Of a DNA stretch of 64,000 nt, positions 11,723 to 24,986 are shown piece after piece (position 1 is the stretch's first letter; each line of letters starts with the position of its first letter). Source of the stretch: Takakia lepidozioides (taxonomy: Eukaryota > Plantae > Bryophyta); the NCBI GenBank assembly GCA_030704615.1, contig CM060732.1, positions 4,464,001-4,528,000 of the forward strand, given 5' to 3'. Both the position numbers and the translations under genes were made by a program. The notes under the pieces are model-generated. The model was not told the DNA's origin. It did no database searches and saw only the letters and a list, made by a program, of their open reading frames with translations.

Positions 11723-14700
11723 ATGGCAGATGATGAAGATGCAGGGTCGAGCACGCAGGATGCTGATACCTTCGTAGAGACAGAGAGTCCTGAGTTGATC
11801 ATCGCTCGTATTGAAAATAAATCGCGCCAGGTTGAGCGCCTTCTTAGATTGTAAGTCCCGCCAGTTTTTAATTCCGTTTGATCCACTAACTATTTGCTGA
11901 TCAACCTTCTCCTAAACTTGTTTCCTTTCTACAAGGCGATTGCGGATCTGGCTTGGTTGAACTCGCCTCTCTCAGAGTCGAAATTTTGTACAGCAGAGTG
12001 ATTTTATTTCTAGCATGGACACATTTTTTGTAAGTACGCAAAGAGCTGCACATAACTTGAGACCTTTCAAAAAAACGAGCTGTTAACAGCTCATGCTAAG
12101 TAGGAACTCCAGTGGCATGGCTTCGCACAACTTCGAAGGAAAGTAAATGATCAGATTGCGACTACATACCTGACTCATAATTTTGGAGAAAGCTAAAATG
12201 AAGTGTACTGTAGACGTCTCGCAGCGAGTAGTGTAGGTAGCATATTTGTCCCAGTCTCCCTAAATGGGGTTTTTAGGGATGTGTAAGATAAGTGGAGCAT
12301 GGCATGCAGGTCGATTAGGCTTTAGGCCTGATCGGGGACGTGATCGTTTTTCCTTCAGCCATGGGAGGGAGAGGAGCCGAAACTCACTTTTTGTGTTCTA
12401 CCAGACTTCAACAAATCCTATTGTATGGTCTTGGACTTTCTTTCAGCCTTTGGGCATTTTTGGCCTGGAAACCTTCACTCTGTGTCTCTTTGAACTGCAT
12501 CTTTGTACCCAATGTTTTGAAAGATGTAAAATGTGGCTAGTAATCTAAAATCTATTTCTTAATAAATCTTCGTCAATGCAACATAGATCTGGTAGGAGCT
12601 CGGGGCTGCTCTCTGTTGTGCATCCTTTTTAATGTGTAAATTAGCTTCTTGAAGACATGGAAGCCAAATGCTTTCTTCAGGATAGGTCTAGGTGACAGAA
12701 AGGAGTGCGAAGATGTGTACTTCAATATATGGATACTCGAAAGCCAATTTGACGAAGAGCACTGTTATAGTATGTTATTAACAGTGGGTGCTTCTTGGTC
12801 CCTAGGATTTGAATTCCCTGGGTATCTGGGTGGCTCCCATTTTGTGTTGTCGAAACAGCAATATGTAGGCCCTGTCCACGTTCTTTCTCTGCAAGGGGAT
12901 TTGACTTGATAGGGACAAGATCTATGATGCTTGATATCCTTTTACAAGTCTTGAAATATATGGGAAGGCACTTCCATTTCCATAAGGATAGCCTCAAAAT
13001 CAGAGCCTAGTTCCTCAAACTGATTATTACAGCTTCCACCAAACCCAGTCGCATGTATGTCAACTAAGGATTTTTAAGTTCAGGTGGTTGTAGCAGTTGG
13101 CAGAAATGGAAGATGATTTACTTGACTGTTTGATTCTATCCCTTAGAGGCAGAAACTCTAAATCCTAATCCTAAAACGTGTCAAAAGGTGAAGTTATGAT
13201 AGAATGCCATCAGTGAGAACTTCAAGTTCTTGACTACTCGATTTGAGGTCTCCTCGAGAGGTCAAGTGGATGATTAGCGTGACCATACATAAGATGCTTC
13301 AAGAATGAACAAGATGAAGTGCAGCACAAATTGACCCTGGGCTTCTTCACAGGTATAAACACATTCGGTTCAAGGACTACCAAATCCCAGGTTGGGCATT
13401 AAGCAGCACTCAGCTGAAGCTAAAACTGAGAATGGGTGCCTGCCTGTGTGCCATAAGTTTACTCATTTGGGAAAAGAGAACCCGCATGTCCCATCTGTGG
13501 GCTTAATGTTGAGGATAGCAAAGTCTTTCTGAATGGGCTCTATTCTGAATGAGAAGCCCTCTTTGAATCAAACAGACTCTCACTCAACCTCTATTTTGAT
13601 TAGTTCGAGAAGCTGGTGGCGACTGTGCAAACTGTGACCCTCCTTTCGTTCGAATTCTGGGGTGAGTAGTAGCTTGGAATTGACACTTTGATAAAGAGCT
13701 TTCTTGAGAACACTAGAAGACCAGAAAAGATACACTGGAGAGAGCCTTCCGCAATGGTAGTTGGCACCCCTCCCCCTGCCTTCCACCTCCACACTGTCCT
13801 TCTCTTCTGTCCTCGATCCAAACATCTCTGGCCACTTTGAGTATGACAGCATTATTTTTTACCTGATGATTTGTGCAGACCACAGTATGGAGAGGCATTG
13901 GAAACAGCATTGCAAGATGCCCCCATGCGAACCAGGGATGAGCGGTGCAAAGTAGGGTCTTTCTGCTCGTATGTGTGCTCCCTCTTAGGGTTGGACTTGG
14001 TGGCTCAACGATAGTGCTTAAGTTGGCATGTAAAATCTTTATCGAGTCTCTCAAGAACCACAGCTTTTGGGTCTTACTTGTTGCAAGGATGGTGTGTTGA
14101 TGTTTTAAAACTTTGTAAGAGAGGTCTTTACTGTGGTTGACACCTGAATAGTAACAAGGGAACAAGTCTTAGGCTGGAATGGTTTTTGGAGGCTTAAGAT
14201 GAAGTAGGTGAGGCACTTAGCAAGCTAGGTTTGGTGGGTGCAGTCAGCAAACTGGATCTTGGTGCACCGTGTGTTGATGGCATCCAAGGATGGGGATGCG
14301 TTGCTGGCCACCTTGAATCCTGACTATTACGACATCCTTATGAAGTAAGTCCTTCTGTCATTGAAACGCATCCAAGAAACTATGGTGACAAAGTTTGCTA
14401 TGCAAGGGCTAATCTGTTTGATAGTGGAGCGGTACATGCCAGGTAGATTTGAAGGTCCTGGGAAGCCTTGGAAACTTTTGGGAGAGATAGGCAGCAAGAC
14501 ATAGATAGTCGTAGAGCCAGGCTGCAACTCAGAAATATGTTCAGCTCCAACTGACATCCCTGGCATTGACATTCCCAAATGTTGCCACACAACTTTTCAG
14601 GGTCTAAGCAAATTATTTTCTTGGCTCGTCACCTAGTTTGTGCTTAGCTTGTGAAGAAGAGACTGCCCCCTAGAAATCTCTAAGTGAAGATTTAGGGCAA

Positions 14701-15341
14701 ACTAACTGCTGTGCATGGAGCTTGGTTACTAGCTACAAATACTTCCATGCTTTGGGGGAAACTGGGTCTGCAGTCACCTTCAGGATTACAGAAGTGACAG
14801 TAGGCGATTAACACACTTTCAGTGTGTGAAAAACAGAAAAAAGAATTTAATTGAATCAGAGGTGCTCCTTTGTTGGATTTCTGCATGATTATGGAGCCCT
14901 TCACTCCACATGGGCCTGGAGATACCATTCATGAATGCAGAGCACCTTAACTAGTTTAGATTTAGATTTGGAAGTCTGGTTCCAGTTGCGTACCCATGCA
15001 GTTGTACGGTCCTACCCAATGTCCCCACCATTTGCTTACCCAGCCATTTGGTATAGGCCTATGTTGCACCCAGGATACCATCTATGTGCCCTAACCATTG
15101 GGTTATCTGCTGGGAGCTACAAAAACCGGAGTAAACAAATTGATGATCAATGCAAGAATTACACAGATATATGTTGCTGAGGTGAGTTTCTGGGGTTTGT
15201 GCCAGGTATCTGTATCGGGGGTTAGCAACAGGAGACAGGATCACATGTGACCTGTGCTTGAAGCTTCATGAAAAATTGACCGAGAAGGCTGGCATGGGTT
15301 GTATCATGCGTGCTCTCTCTGATACACGGAACACTGTATAA
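11723..15341 (+). CDS. ARPC5: Actin-related protein 2/3 complex subunit 5 (145 aa, 4 exons)
   Basis: Exons 11723-11850, 13879-13951, 14244-14344 and 15206-15341 are GT-AG and phase-consistent (438 nt). Protein ...IIARIENKSRQVERLL...EALETALQDAPMRTRDERCKSANWILVHRVLMASKD...YYDILMKYLYRGLATGDRITCDLCLKLHEKLTEKAGMGCIMRALSDTRNTV matches plant ARPC5/CROOKED as I recall it. Confidence 0.95.
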
Positions 15342-15631
15342 CTGTTGTTGTGCAGTCATTTTGTGTCTCTCAAATTTTTAATTTTGGTTTGTGACTCTTG
15401 GAGTAATCGTTTAGTATGTCTTGCCAATGTGGTTACTTTATTGTTCATCTGCACAATCTTTGAGTCTTTTCTGCAGTTGCTGTATTAAGGGCTGAACAAG
15501 TTTCATGACAGGCAGTAGGTCTACAGCTTGTTTAGCAACTTAGGGGCCCGACCAGATGATAGTGTAGCAGCCATGCCAAAGTCAGCATAGCTGCTTGCTA
15601 GCAAGTCTGCTAAGGGTCAGCCGCACCTGCA

Positions 15632-16390
15632 TTTTTTTTTCTTTTGATGAAGGGGATGGAGCCCTGAAAATGAATTGAACCGAGGAAAAAATAACCTCGG
15701 AAGCGCCGTGAAGCGTGTACAGGGTGGATACCATAACCAAAGTCAGGAAAAGCTAGGGAGAAACAAAGCTGCCAGGAACCACAAGTGAAACCAGGCAGAG
15801 CAGCACGAACAAGAACTAAGAGAGAGGAAAGAGGAGATGAAGGCCCCTAAGCAGAGAGCAGAAGGGAAGAGAGAAACAAGAAACTTAGAGGATCCCAAAT
15901 CAAGGTAAGCCTAAATTTGTTGCGATTCTTTTTGTGGTGCATATTCACCTCCCTATCGGCCCATTTGCTAGTGGACTCCCATTCTTCGGGGTATTGAATG
16001 TTCCAGGTGATCCTTGAGTCGGAAAGTTTGGTGCAAAGAATGTGGTCGTTGACCTAGAGCTGTCAAATTCTGCAAGAGCTGCAATTGTTGCCTCTCCGAG
16101 CATTACAACTTTTCCCAGAACCACCCGAGCCTTCCTTACTTCAGTCATCAGGTTTGTGTAAGTTTTATACAGCACAAGCTTGATGCAGGGAGGGTTCCCT
16201 CAAACAGGAAGGAACACCGCAATTTCCAGATCTGCCAGAGAGAAATAGCACGAAGGCCAGCCCAAACAAGGCAGGAACTCCGGGAGGACTTAATCGTGCA
16301 TATTAAGGAGAGGAATGCTAGAGGCAGAGGAAACCACATCTTTCCATCTGGCATAACAGTTCAGAACTAGTCGCCACATCCTGTCTGGGA
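15632..16390 (-). mobile_element. 5'-truncated L1-like LINE 3' fragment
   Basis: The minus-strand translation contains LWQIWKLRCSFLFEG, the typical L1 ORF2 C-terminal WxIWxxRxxxxF motif. It ends in catcaaaagaaaaaaaaa, a poly(A) tail at ~15632-15648. Confidence 0.7.
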
Positions 16391-16395
16391 TAATA

Positions 16396-16565
16396 TAGTA
16401 GAGAAGATAATGCCCAGAGACTCTTCAATCCCCAAAGAGCACAGAGAGCAGACTGGGTCCTGTGGGGAAGATAAAAGATATGGCAGGGAGAGTAGAGAAA
16501 ATGTCCAGGGACTCTCAATCCCCAAAGAGAAGCAGACTGGGTCCTGTGGGGAAGATAAAAGATAC
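16396..16565. repeat. Two-copy ~90 bp tandem duplication
   Basis: gactct(t)caatccccaaagag...agcagactgggtcctgtggggaagataaaagata is present twice. Confidence 0.8.
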
Positions 16566-16877
16566 GACGGGCATAAGAAAGTACTAATCTTTGCTGATTT
16601 GTCGTTATAAGATATCAATGGATTGCCTCCATGGAGTCAAGCATTTAGCATTTTCTGGAAGTGGAAAATTATAATTACATCCATGCAGGTAATTTTACGA
16701 TCACCTCTACGAAGGTAATTGCAAAAACAAACTAGACTACCTTTTTGGGAGGTCGTTGTATTTATTGGCTCCTCCCTAAGGAGAGACCACGCATGCATTC
16801 CTAACTTGGTGAGTGCTATAATTTATTTATTCATTCAGTTCTATTATATTCAGTTCCTTTCAGATTTATCCCTTCAG

Positions 16878-18780
16878 TTCTTTTTTCTTTTTCTTTTTTT
16901 TAATAGTGAACAGGGGGATTGAATCCCTGATTAATTTATTGAAATAATTATTTGGAGGGGAAAAAAATTAAAACCTCAATTACACCGTTAGGCAGACACA
17001 CTGTGATCAGTGTTTGAAGAATCAACAATCTCTCATGGAGATTTAAGTCCAAGGGACAAAGACCTTGTCCCTAGTAAATGCACTTCTCTACGACCAGTAA
17101 GAAACGAACAAAACAACTCCCAATGGAGAAAAGTCGAAGAGACCAAAAAACAGGGCACACTGCCCAAGACTCCAAGTGTGGCAGATACGTAACTTAATTA
17201 CTGTTGGGTTGCTGAAGAACAGACAGGGTATAGTAGGGATGTTTTGAGATTGGTGTAAATGAGTCTTTGACCTGGGAGTGGTAAAGAGATCGTTCTATCT
17301 ATAGAATAGTTTAGAAGCAGTCGTGGAGTGTTTTAGATGCTTCCAGTTGACCTCCCTTTTGAACTCAGGGGAAAGTGTGGAGTGGTGCACGGAGGTCTCT
17401 CCACGGTTGAGGGGGGAGCTCGTTCCAACTGCATTGGTCTTGCGCAGGGCTGCTGCATATGATGTTCTGCTTGCCCCAGGTGTGTTGAAATCTCTTGTGG
17501 ATCGCTGCTACATTCGTGGAGTGTCGTTGAACTGCAAGTTGTGATTTGCACATAGACTTGGGATTTTACTTACCACTTGTTTCTGCTATGCTACCCGCGA
17601 TTTAAAGACAACAAACGGGCTGCCAGAGCTAGACAGATCGACCTGCTCATACTGATCAGATCGGCCGAAACCCCTATGGCTACGTATGAAGCAAAAAATA
17701 AGAAGAGGGCGAAGTCAGTGGCCGTTGGATACTGTAACTGTTTGTTTGGTCGAATGTATAGCTTACCAGACCAACTATGACCGGTTACGTTCTGTCCAAA
17801 ATTAAAGACACGGTGGACAGCCAAGATTGGAGATGAGGATCAAAAGCTAGCGGCCACTGGGAGCTAGATTGGTTCTCTCATGCGCAACTTTGGTGAAAAA
17901 TTTAAGGCAATCTAATATACCAGCCTGGCTGCAACGCAAAAGTGGTTTTTGGCACGAGGATGGGGATATCACTGCTGCGACAGATCGACCCTGGGTAGGA
18001 AAAGAGGTTATTTGAAAATACTGCCTTGATCCGGATTGGGCACTGGGCTATAATTCCTAAAATCAATTGGTAGCCGTGGCCCAAGTGCAATAAATACGAT
18101 TTTTTAGCATGGTGGCTCGACCTGTCTTGATGCTGCATTAGTGCTTGCTTTGGTTTTTGATAGTTGTTGATCCCAAAAAAACCGTTAGTTAAAAGAAAAA
18201 AGAACAAATCAGGCCTATTGTCAATTAAATGGACAAATAATATGTTTTTGGGATTAGATAAACTTTGGTTGGTCATATTTTTGTCAAAAGAGCTCCGTTT
18301 GACTCAGTTTTTAGGGGGATAGCTGCAGAAAGGTTTTAGTTTTTTGGACCTGACCAAAAATCTATAGAATTTTTCTAATGTAAATTAGATCATCCCCACA
18401 TCCATTTGAGGTTTGTTGAGGAATCTGTTTCAATAGGGATGATCACTAAGCTTTCTGTTTGTAACACACTTGTCACTTTTTTTGACATTAGTGTATGGCT
18501 AGAGATGAAATGAAGAGTGTCGGGACGAGGGCATGCTGGGGTTAGGAATTGCTTTAGTCTCTCCTCCCCATAGCTTTCCACCCTCTCGGTAGGCCAAGAC
18601 CTTTCTATAGGTGGAGGCAAGATTCAGTCGGGTTTTTGGGCTGGGGTATTCTGCAGGAGCAACACTGCGGAGGGATTTTGGTGTGGGGGTCCGCGCAGCT
18701 CGGCCACTGTGGCTGTGATCCTTTTGTCGTGCTTTTCTTTTTCTAAGAGCGAGCATGCATTGCAACACCCTAGCTAAGGT
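16878..18780 (-). mobile_element. Probable degraded LINE fragment
   Basis: There is an A-rich tail on the minus strand at ~16878-16901 and broken minus-strand ORF pieces (17365-18276). No diagnostic RT motif was seen. Confidence 0.35.
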
Positions 18781-20922
18781 CAACCTTAATCAGTATGTGC
18801 TCTATTTCCTTCAATGCTCTTGAGCCATATCTACAACCGATATGGCTTCAGGAAAAGTGCGCTTCAAAATAGCTTCCATAGGTGAACCACACACAAATGT
18901 ACTTCACCAAAACTGAATCCGGCACAGCCTTGTCTGGTCAAAACCTTGATATCTATCTTGGCTTTTTCGCTGCCGTGACAAAGGGTAGCAAGCTATGGCA
19001 ACGGTGGTGGCTCTATCCCCTCCTTCAGCATTATCTTTTAAGATCGCAGCCACCGTAGCCAACCATTGGCAGCGTCTTAATACTCTGCATCTCTTGTGCC
19101 CACATGCTCTTCTTCATTCAGCTCTCAAAACTTAAGTATTAAGCATTGGGGAAGGTTTCAGCATGTTTCTACACCTGAATCATTGGCAACTCCTGCCAAC
19201 CTGCAATCAGCACCAACTTTAATATTGTTCAATGGTCTTCCTTGACCATTGGGTGCATTATTACGACCTGTACCTTGGCTGGCCGACACTGCCACGTCCG
19301 TTCCAGCCTGAATCTAGTGCAGCAGCTTCAACTACGGTGCTCCAATTGCACCAACTGAACCTCCAAAACAACGACCACATAGCCTCATCATAGCATGGAC
19401 AACCCGAAATTTCTGAACCTGTAGGGAAGTTCTGACTTCGGCTGTCAATATGCAACCCATGTTCATCAAGCTTTTCCAGAAAGCCAGCATCAACTTTGTA
19501 CAAAGAAAATCACTGCATCACGCAGCTCATCGTCATTACTATCCACCGCAAACTGCTCCCTCCCAATGAAGGCTCCTCCATCGTGCACACCTTGCTCAGT
19601 GAATCAATCGCAGGTTGCAGCTTTAATAGTGGACCTTATGAACTGATTTATTGTCAACACTGGCATTTGACCCAAAACAACCGATATAACACTTCAAAAC
19701 CGGCAGCTCCGTGGGCTCTCGAGCTTTGTGTGACTCTGTTGTCACTACGATTCAAGTCACTAGCATATCATCCGCAACCCAATGCTAGATATCACTGCCC
19801 AAATAGCTTCATTTTTTATTTATTTTTTCTATGCATCAAGTGGCTACTTTGCGGTGGCTAGTGCAGGCTGCCTCATCCCTGAGGTTGACCTGCCAGGCTG
19901 CCCATGTCTCACAACCACCATTTCATCATTCAAAAAGCATCTACAAAGGACTCTACAAAATCATGAAGCTCCTTCACCAGCCTTACCAGCCCCACGGCTC
20001 CTTGTAGGCCACCTGGAAAACGACAACTAACCTGACCAACGCCTTCTGTTGGCCCGTCAACATCTAAGTAGATGCAAACGGTTCATCGCACTTAGGTAGT
20101 GGTCACAGCAACAGCGGAACTACCTGCATGATGGTATTTTCATCTTTGCAGCTGAAGATGAAGGTCACAAACAGAGATAGAGCCGATAGGCTTATCGAGC
20201 CTCACCACCAAGCACTCTCAAAATGCTGCTCCACAATACAAACCCGTACTCCAACCGTTTGCCTCTGTTGCAGGTACCCAATCGTCCCCACTCCAATACT
20301 TGAACTGAATATTTGAAATTGTGCGGGGCAGAGATTCATCTGGGTATTTGAGACGCGAAGGCCACACCACGCTGTGTGCGAAGCTCTACAATGTGTGGTG
20401 TTGAAGCCTTGGACAGCGGAACCATTGAACATGAACTAAGAAAGTAGCTTACACATACACACCGGCTGTACGAATCTACAGACCTGTATAATACCAAGTT
20501 ATATTATAAAATAGTACTAAAACAAACATCTTATCTAGCTTAGCACTACAAAACTAGATAGTGATCTCTCTCGAGTGATCTAAAAACTAAACTCACATGA
20601 CTGTCATGACACACAAACACAAAATACAATCACTCATTACAATAGGTCGAGCCAGGGGCACCCCAAGCTATGGGGACTCCACCCCACAAACATCCTACTC
20701 TCATCAGTGCTTCACACACTCGCACACAGAGAGCTCGCGGTCGTGCAGGCTCAACTCGAGAGAGATGAGCCGCACGACCAACGAGAGAGAAGATAAGATC
20801 TTCCAGATATCAAGTTTAGATCTTGACATCTGGTTTAACACTTGAACTAATTCCAAGTGTTAAATATAAATAACTAGATGTATTCTAGTTAGTTTTCACA
20901 CTGTGTTTAATTTAACTTGACA
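18780..20922 (-). mobile_element. Diverged 5' fragment (half-LTR X, leader, gag remnant) related to the DNMT-gypsy element
   Basis: The 20576-20922 segment is TG..CA-bounded and its end (tagttttcacactgtgtttaatttaacttgaca) resembles the end at 53810-53842. The adjacent atctctctcgag is complementary to internal ctcgagagagat. A gag-like remnant (PDKAVPDSVLVKYI) lies near 18890-18935. Confidence 0.6.
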
Positions 20923-21659
20923 CATGGAATCTCACCATTGGGCATAATTGCCAGGTGTGATTGGTCATAATCTCCAAGGTGTGATCAATCTAGATAAAGC
21001 ATACTTTATATTTACTTAACCCCTATGGCCATCATGGGGCATACATAGAGTTGTCTAGCATGTAATCATCTATACACCGGAATACTCTTTAGTTTGTGTA
21101 TTTCATAATAATAACATCTGGTGAACTGCATAGATGAGGGGATTGGGCTAAATACACTGATGTGGAGCTTTGCATGTTGAGCCGTGTGGGACTTATTGGC
21201 CGCTCCCCACTGACCGGAGATGGGAACTCTTGGGGCACGGGAGCACGCAATACGGTTGTCTTCATGAATTCTCTCTATCAATGGAATAGTCTATAATTTG
21301 TTTAATTTAAATATATGGTGAATTGCATACAGATGAGGGGATTGGGTGATGCATGTTGCAATGACGGATTTGTGCCAGACTTAGGGTCACTTTCCATGTG
21401 AAACCTTTCCCATTCGCTGACATTATGCAAGATGGGGTTGACTAAGGGTCCATTGACTATTTGGAGGGTCATTCCATGTGCATATCCAAAACCATTTTGC
21501 ATTTTGTTGTGTTCAGATACTCACCCTCTTTTTAGTCTTATTCACTTCAGAATGTTTTAAAAATCAGAAGTCCATATAGCCACATTAGAATGACATGAAA
21601 CAAAATATGACACAGAGCTAATTTTTGACAAAAAAATCACACGGACTCATTTTATGTAT

Positions 21660-22288
21660 TTCACATTATAGAAACATCAGTGTTCACAGTGCCAAACTGC
21701 ATTGGAATATAAGGCACTTGCGATATAATAGCAGCCGCAAACTCATCTGCAGAACTAATATTAAGGTTATTCGGGTCACGGACAGACGTTTCGCTATCAA
21801 AAATATCGATCAGTGTTTCTAGATTCATAGTGGAAGAAATACAAAGCACATCATTTATGGTTGTTTCATTAGGAAGGAACATACTTCGCTATGGTGCTTC
21901 GCATTTTTTTATGTCCATTCCGTTACGCAAGAAGGCACACGATGCGAATTTTTTTCAAATCTAAGCATCGACAAAATACAACCGAAAAATGTACATGCAA
22001 GGTGTTTTTCGGGCCATTGGTGGATATTGTAAAGGAAAGCTCGAACAAATACATTTCATGGGGTTAAGCATAGCATGTTTTTGATTTCGGCACTACCATA
22101 CATTGCATATAGTTCCTTCTCCTCCTCCATTTTTTTTGCAATGACATTTCGACAAAATTGGAAATGTGGTTGTCCAAGTTTGCAATACCCAAGCATCCCT
22201 TTCCAAGTATACAACCGGTCATGTTCTAATTTTTCAGCTAGTGCACAGAGATCCCAACCAACGAACAACTTGATACGCTTGTTCACCT
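21660..22288 (-). mobile_element. Replitron-type HUH/Rep transposase C-terminal fragment (pseudogenised)
   Basis: Translation: LFVGWD..LYTWKGMLGYCK..GQPHF..NV..LYAMYGSAEIKNMLCLTP*NVFVRA..ILSMLR..NGMD..FLPNETTINDV. It has the GMLGYxxK catalytic-Tyr context and downstream blocks I recognise from plant Replitron Reps. The HUH motif itself is missing (truncated). Confidence 0.6.
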
Positions 22289-22299
22289 AAATGACACTC

Positions 22300-23803
22300 G
22301 TGGCAAAGAGGCACTCATTCGCGCACCTTTCTTGACCATAGCACGCCCCTTCGCACCTAATCAAGCCCCTGCACATGCTGCTTCAAGAGTCGTGCTCTAT
22401 CTAGGCTTGAAGTTGAAACCCCAACTCAAAACATGCTCTACAAGTGCCGGACTGTCACATAAAAGCAGATCAGCCCCTTAGCTTCCCTTCTAGCTCTCTA
22501 AAGCTTGAAAACAAAAGCCTCAGTGGACTGAAGGCATGCTTCACACATGCCCTACTCTCACCACAAGAGAATCAGCCCCTTTGCTTCCTTTCTTGCACCC
22601 ACCAACCTGAAAAATACAAGCTTGAGCGGGCTGAAAGCATGCTCCACACATGCATTGCCCTCACATAAGGGAAATCAGCCCTTCCCTCTTCCTTGCTTGC
22701 CCTCCAAGCTTGAAGATGAAAGCTTCAATGGGCTGCATGCATGCTCCACACATGCAACCCCTTCACACAAGAGGTATCAGCCCCCTATCCTGGCTCCTTG
22801 GCTCCTTGATGCTCTCTAAAACAAGACTAAGCAATCTATGACATTTGCCAAGCTCCTGAAACCTGAGGGTTTACATTTCCAGCCACAGGACACTCCTCTT
22901 GTGGTGCAAGAGCTTTTCTTCCAAGCTCTGAAACCCTAGGTGCACATTCCATGGCCCTGGCGCACCTCTTAGCTCCTGTTCCAGCCCTGCTCTTGCCATG
23001 GCAAGAGCCATCTCAATGCTGAAGCTCGAGATTGAAACCCAATCTCAACATACTCCACAAAGTGCACCGATTTGCCCCAAAGCCAAATCAGCCCTCTCGC
23101 TTGATCTTTTACTCTTCCGCACCATGGAAGCTCGTATCCCAAAGCTAGTTCTCAGATTTGCCGCCAGAGCCACTACCTGCTCTCGTTCAGCCTCATATGC
23201 TCATGACTGAGCCTCTTCCCACTCGTGCTCACCGCACACAATTTGAAACTATCAAGGTGTTCTGGAATTACCTGCAGCACGGTGCATTCATCTCTGAAGC
23301 TGAAGATCGAATGCCAAGGTCCACCAACTCGTAACCAACATCGCCTCCGCTTCTAACAACCAAGAGCTCCACGGTGCTTCTTGCATAACAACCTGGTTTC
23401 TCTCATTTTCAAGCAAAAACCACAAGTGCTACAACGCAACTCGAATCTGGCACAGACTCGAGCTCATCTTTCTCGAGTGATAAAGAAGAAGAATACAAGC
23501 ACAAGCTCATGCAAGCTCACAAAGCTGAACCCTAAACTCATGCATATATAAATTCATCACTCAAATATAAGTCAATTCAAGTGCACCCCACGCCATGGGG
23601 AATCCACACTATGGCGCCATAGCTAGGCACGGTGAGGCTCAACTCGAGAAAGATGAGCCTCCCGCGCTTGCCGTGAAGATACCCACTCCAGGACCTAAAT
23701 CTGCCTTGACCCCTGGATTGACACTTGGGCCAATCCCAAATATCAATATGTAAAAGCTAGCTATTTCCTAACTAGTTTCACACTAGTGTTGAAATAATTT
23801 GAC
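22300..23803 (-). mobile_element. Truncated 5' copy (leader plus half-LTR X) of the DNMT-gypsy family
   Basis: Colinear and highly similar to 52265-53842. The X segment 23478-23803 ends at ...aataatttgac, the same position as the full element. Confidence 0.9.
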
Positions 23804-24986
23804 TTCTTTAGTAAAGATCTTTTTGTTTGTTATCTAAGTGTGGAAACTGTGCTAGCAAATGGATAGATTCTGGGATTTTCAGTGGACTGTGGTTTCTTTT
23901 ATGTGTCGAGCTAGAAATTCTCACATCCGTACCCACTGGATAGATTCTTTGATTTTGAAATGTAGATGAGTAGATTATGGGATTTTAAATGAAATGTGGT
24001 TTGTGTCTTATGCGTCTCTTAAATGCAAGTTATCACTTATGCTTACCTCTCTCTTATGTCATGACAGGCCGTGTTCGTGATCTTTCTTTGTGACAGTTCT
24101 GCCTCCAGAAGCCAAGCCTTATGTGGTTAATTTCGCATTGTGCACTTGCATATGCTTTGAAACTCATGGGGCTGAGGGCCAAGCTAAGGTCCAACAAGTT
24201 CTGGAAGCTCCTTTCTTCAAGGTGATGTCTTACAAAAACTATGCACCAGCTCCTTATTTCTGGTAACAATTTACCCCACCCTCTTGCTAGTTTGATGGGC
24301 TGAGATTTTGACTTGAAACGATCAACTACTCTTTGTTAGAGACAAATCCTGGCTAAAAGGGTGGTAGAAAGAAGAACTTTATTACTTCCACAGCAGTTTA
24401 TAACACCCAGAGGAGGCCAAAGAGAACGAAAAAATAGAAAGGAGCTTGATGAGAAGAAACAGAGAAAAACACTAATCACGTCTACCAGAGCCCGAGGGCC
24501 CATAGGACATTATACAAAAAGTGTATTCTTGTTTGCCATAGCCTTGTGGCGATAGACCCCCGGCGTGCCCAGTTTGGCTGGAACAGGCTACCTTTGTGAG
24601 AGGCTCACTCCAGCAGTGGGACTTACCTTGATATAAAGAATTATATCTGGCTTTCCTAGAAGCCCTTCACACAGCATCCATCTGTTGTTTGTGAGCTGCC
24701 CAACAATTAGAGCCCAACAAGGCCAGGGCTTTAGGGTCAGCCTTGAGATTTTGAAAGTTGGTGAACAGAGGTGCAGTTTACATTTCAGTCTAGTGTTGAG
24801 GGTAGGCATGCCCATCAGATCATCCTTAAGGTCCTCACCCATGTCTCAAACTGGAGTTTCAGGGAAGTTCAGGGAAGTTTTATGCGTAACTTCCGCATAC
24901 AATTAGTTTCCTTCGATTGATCATATCAGCCACAGAAGTGAAGAAGCCCTTCCAAGAGTCCACAGCTCTTCTGACCTCGCCTCTTG

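Noticed and set aside
24340-24985. Possible retroelement fragment
   Set aside because: Only short broken ORFs are present, with no diagnostic motif or terminus to support a call.
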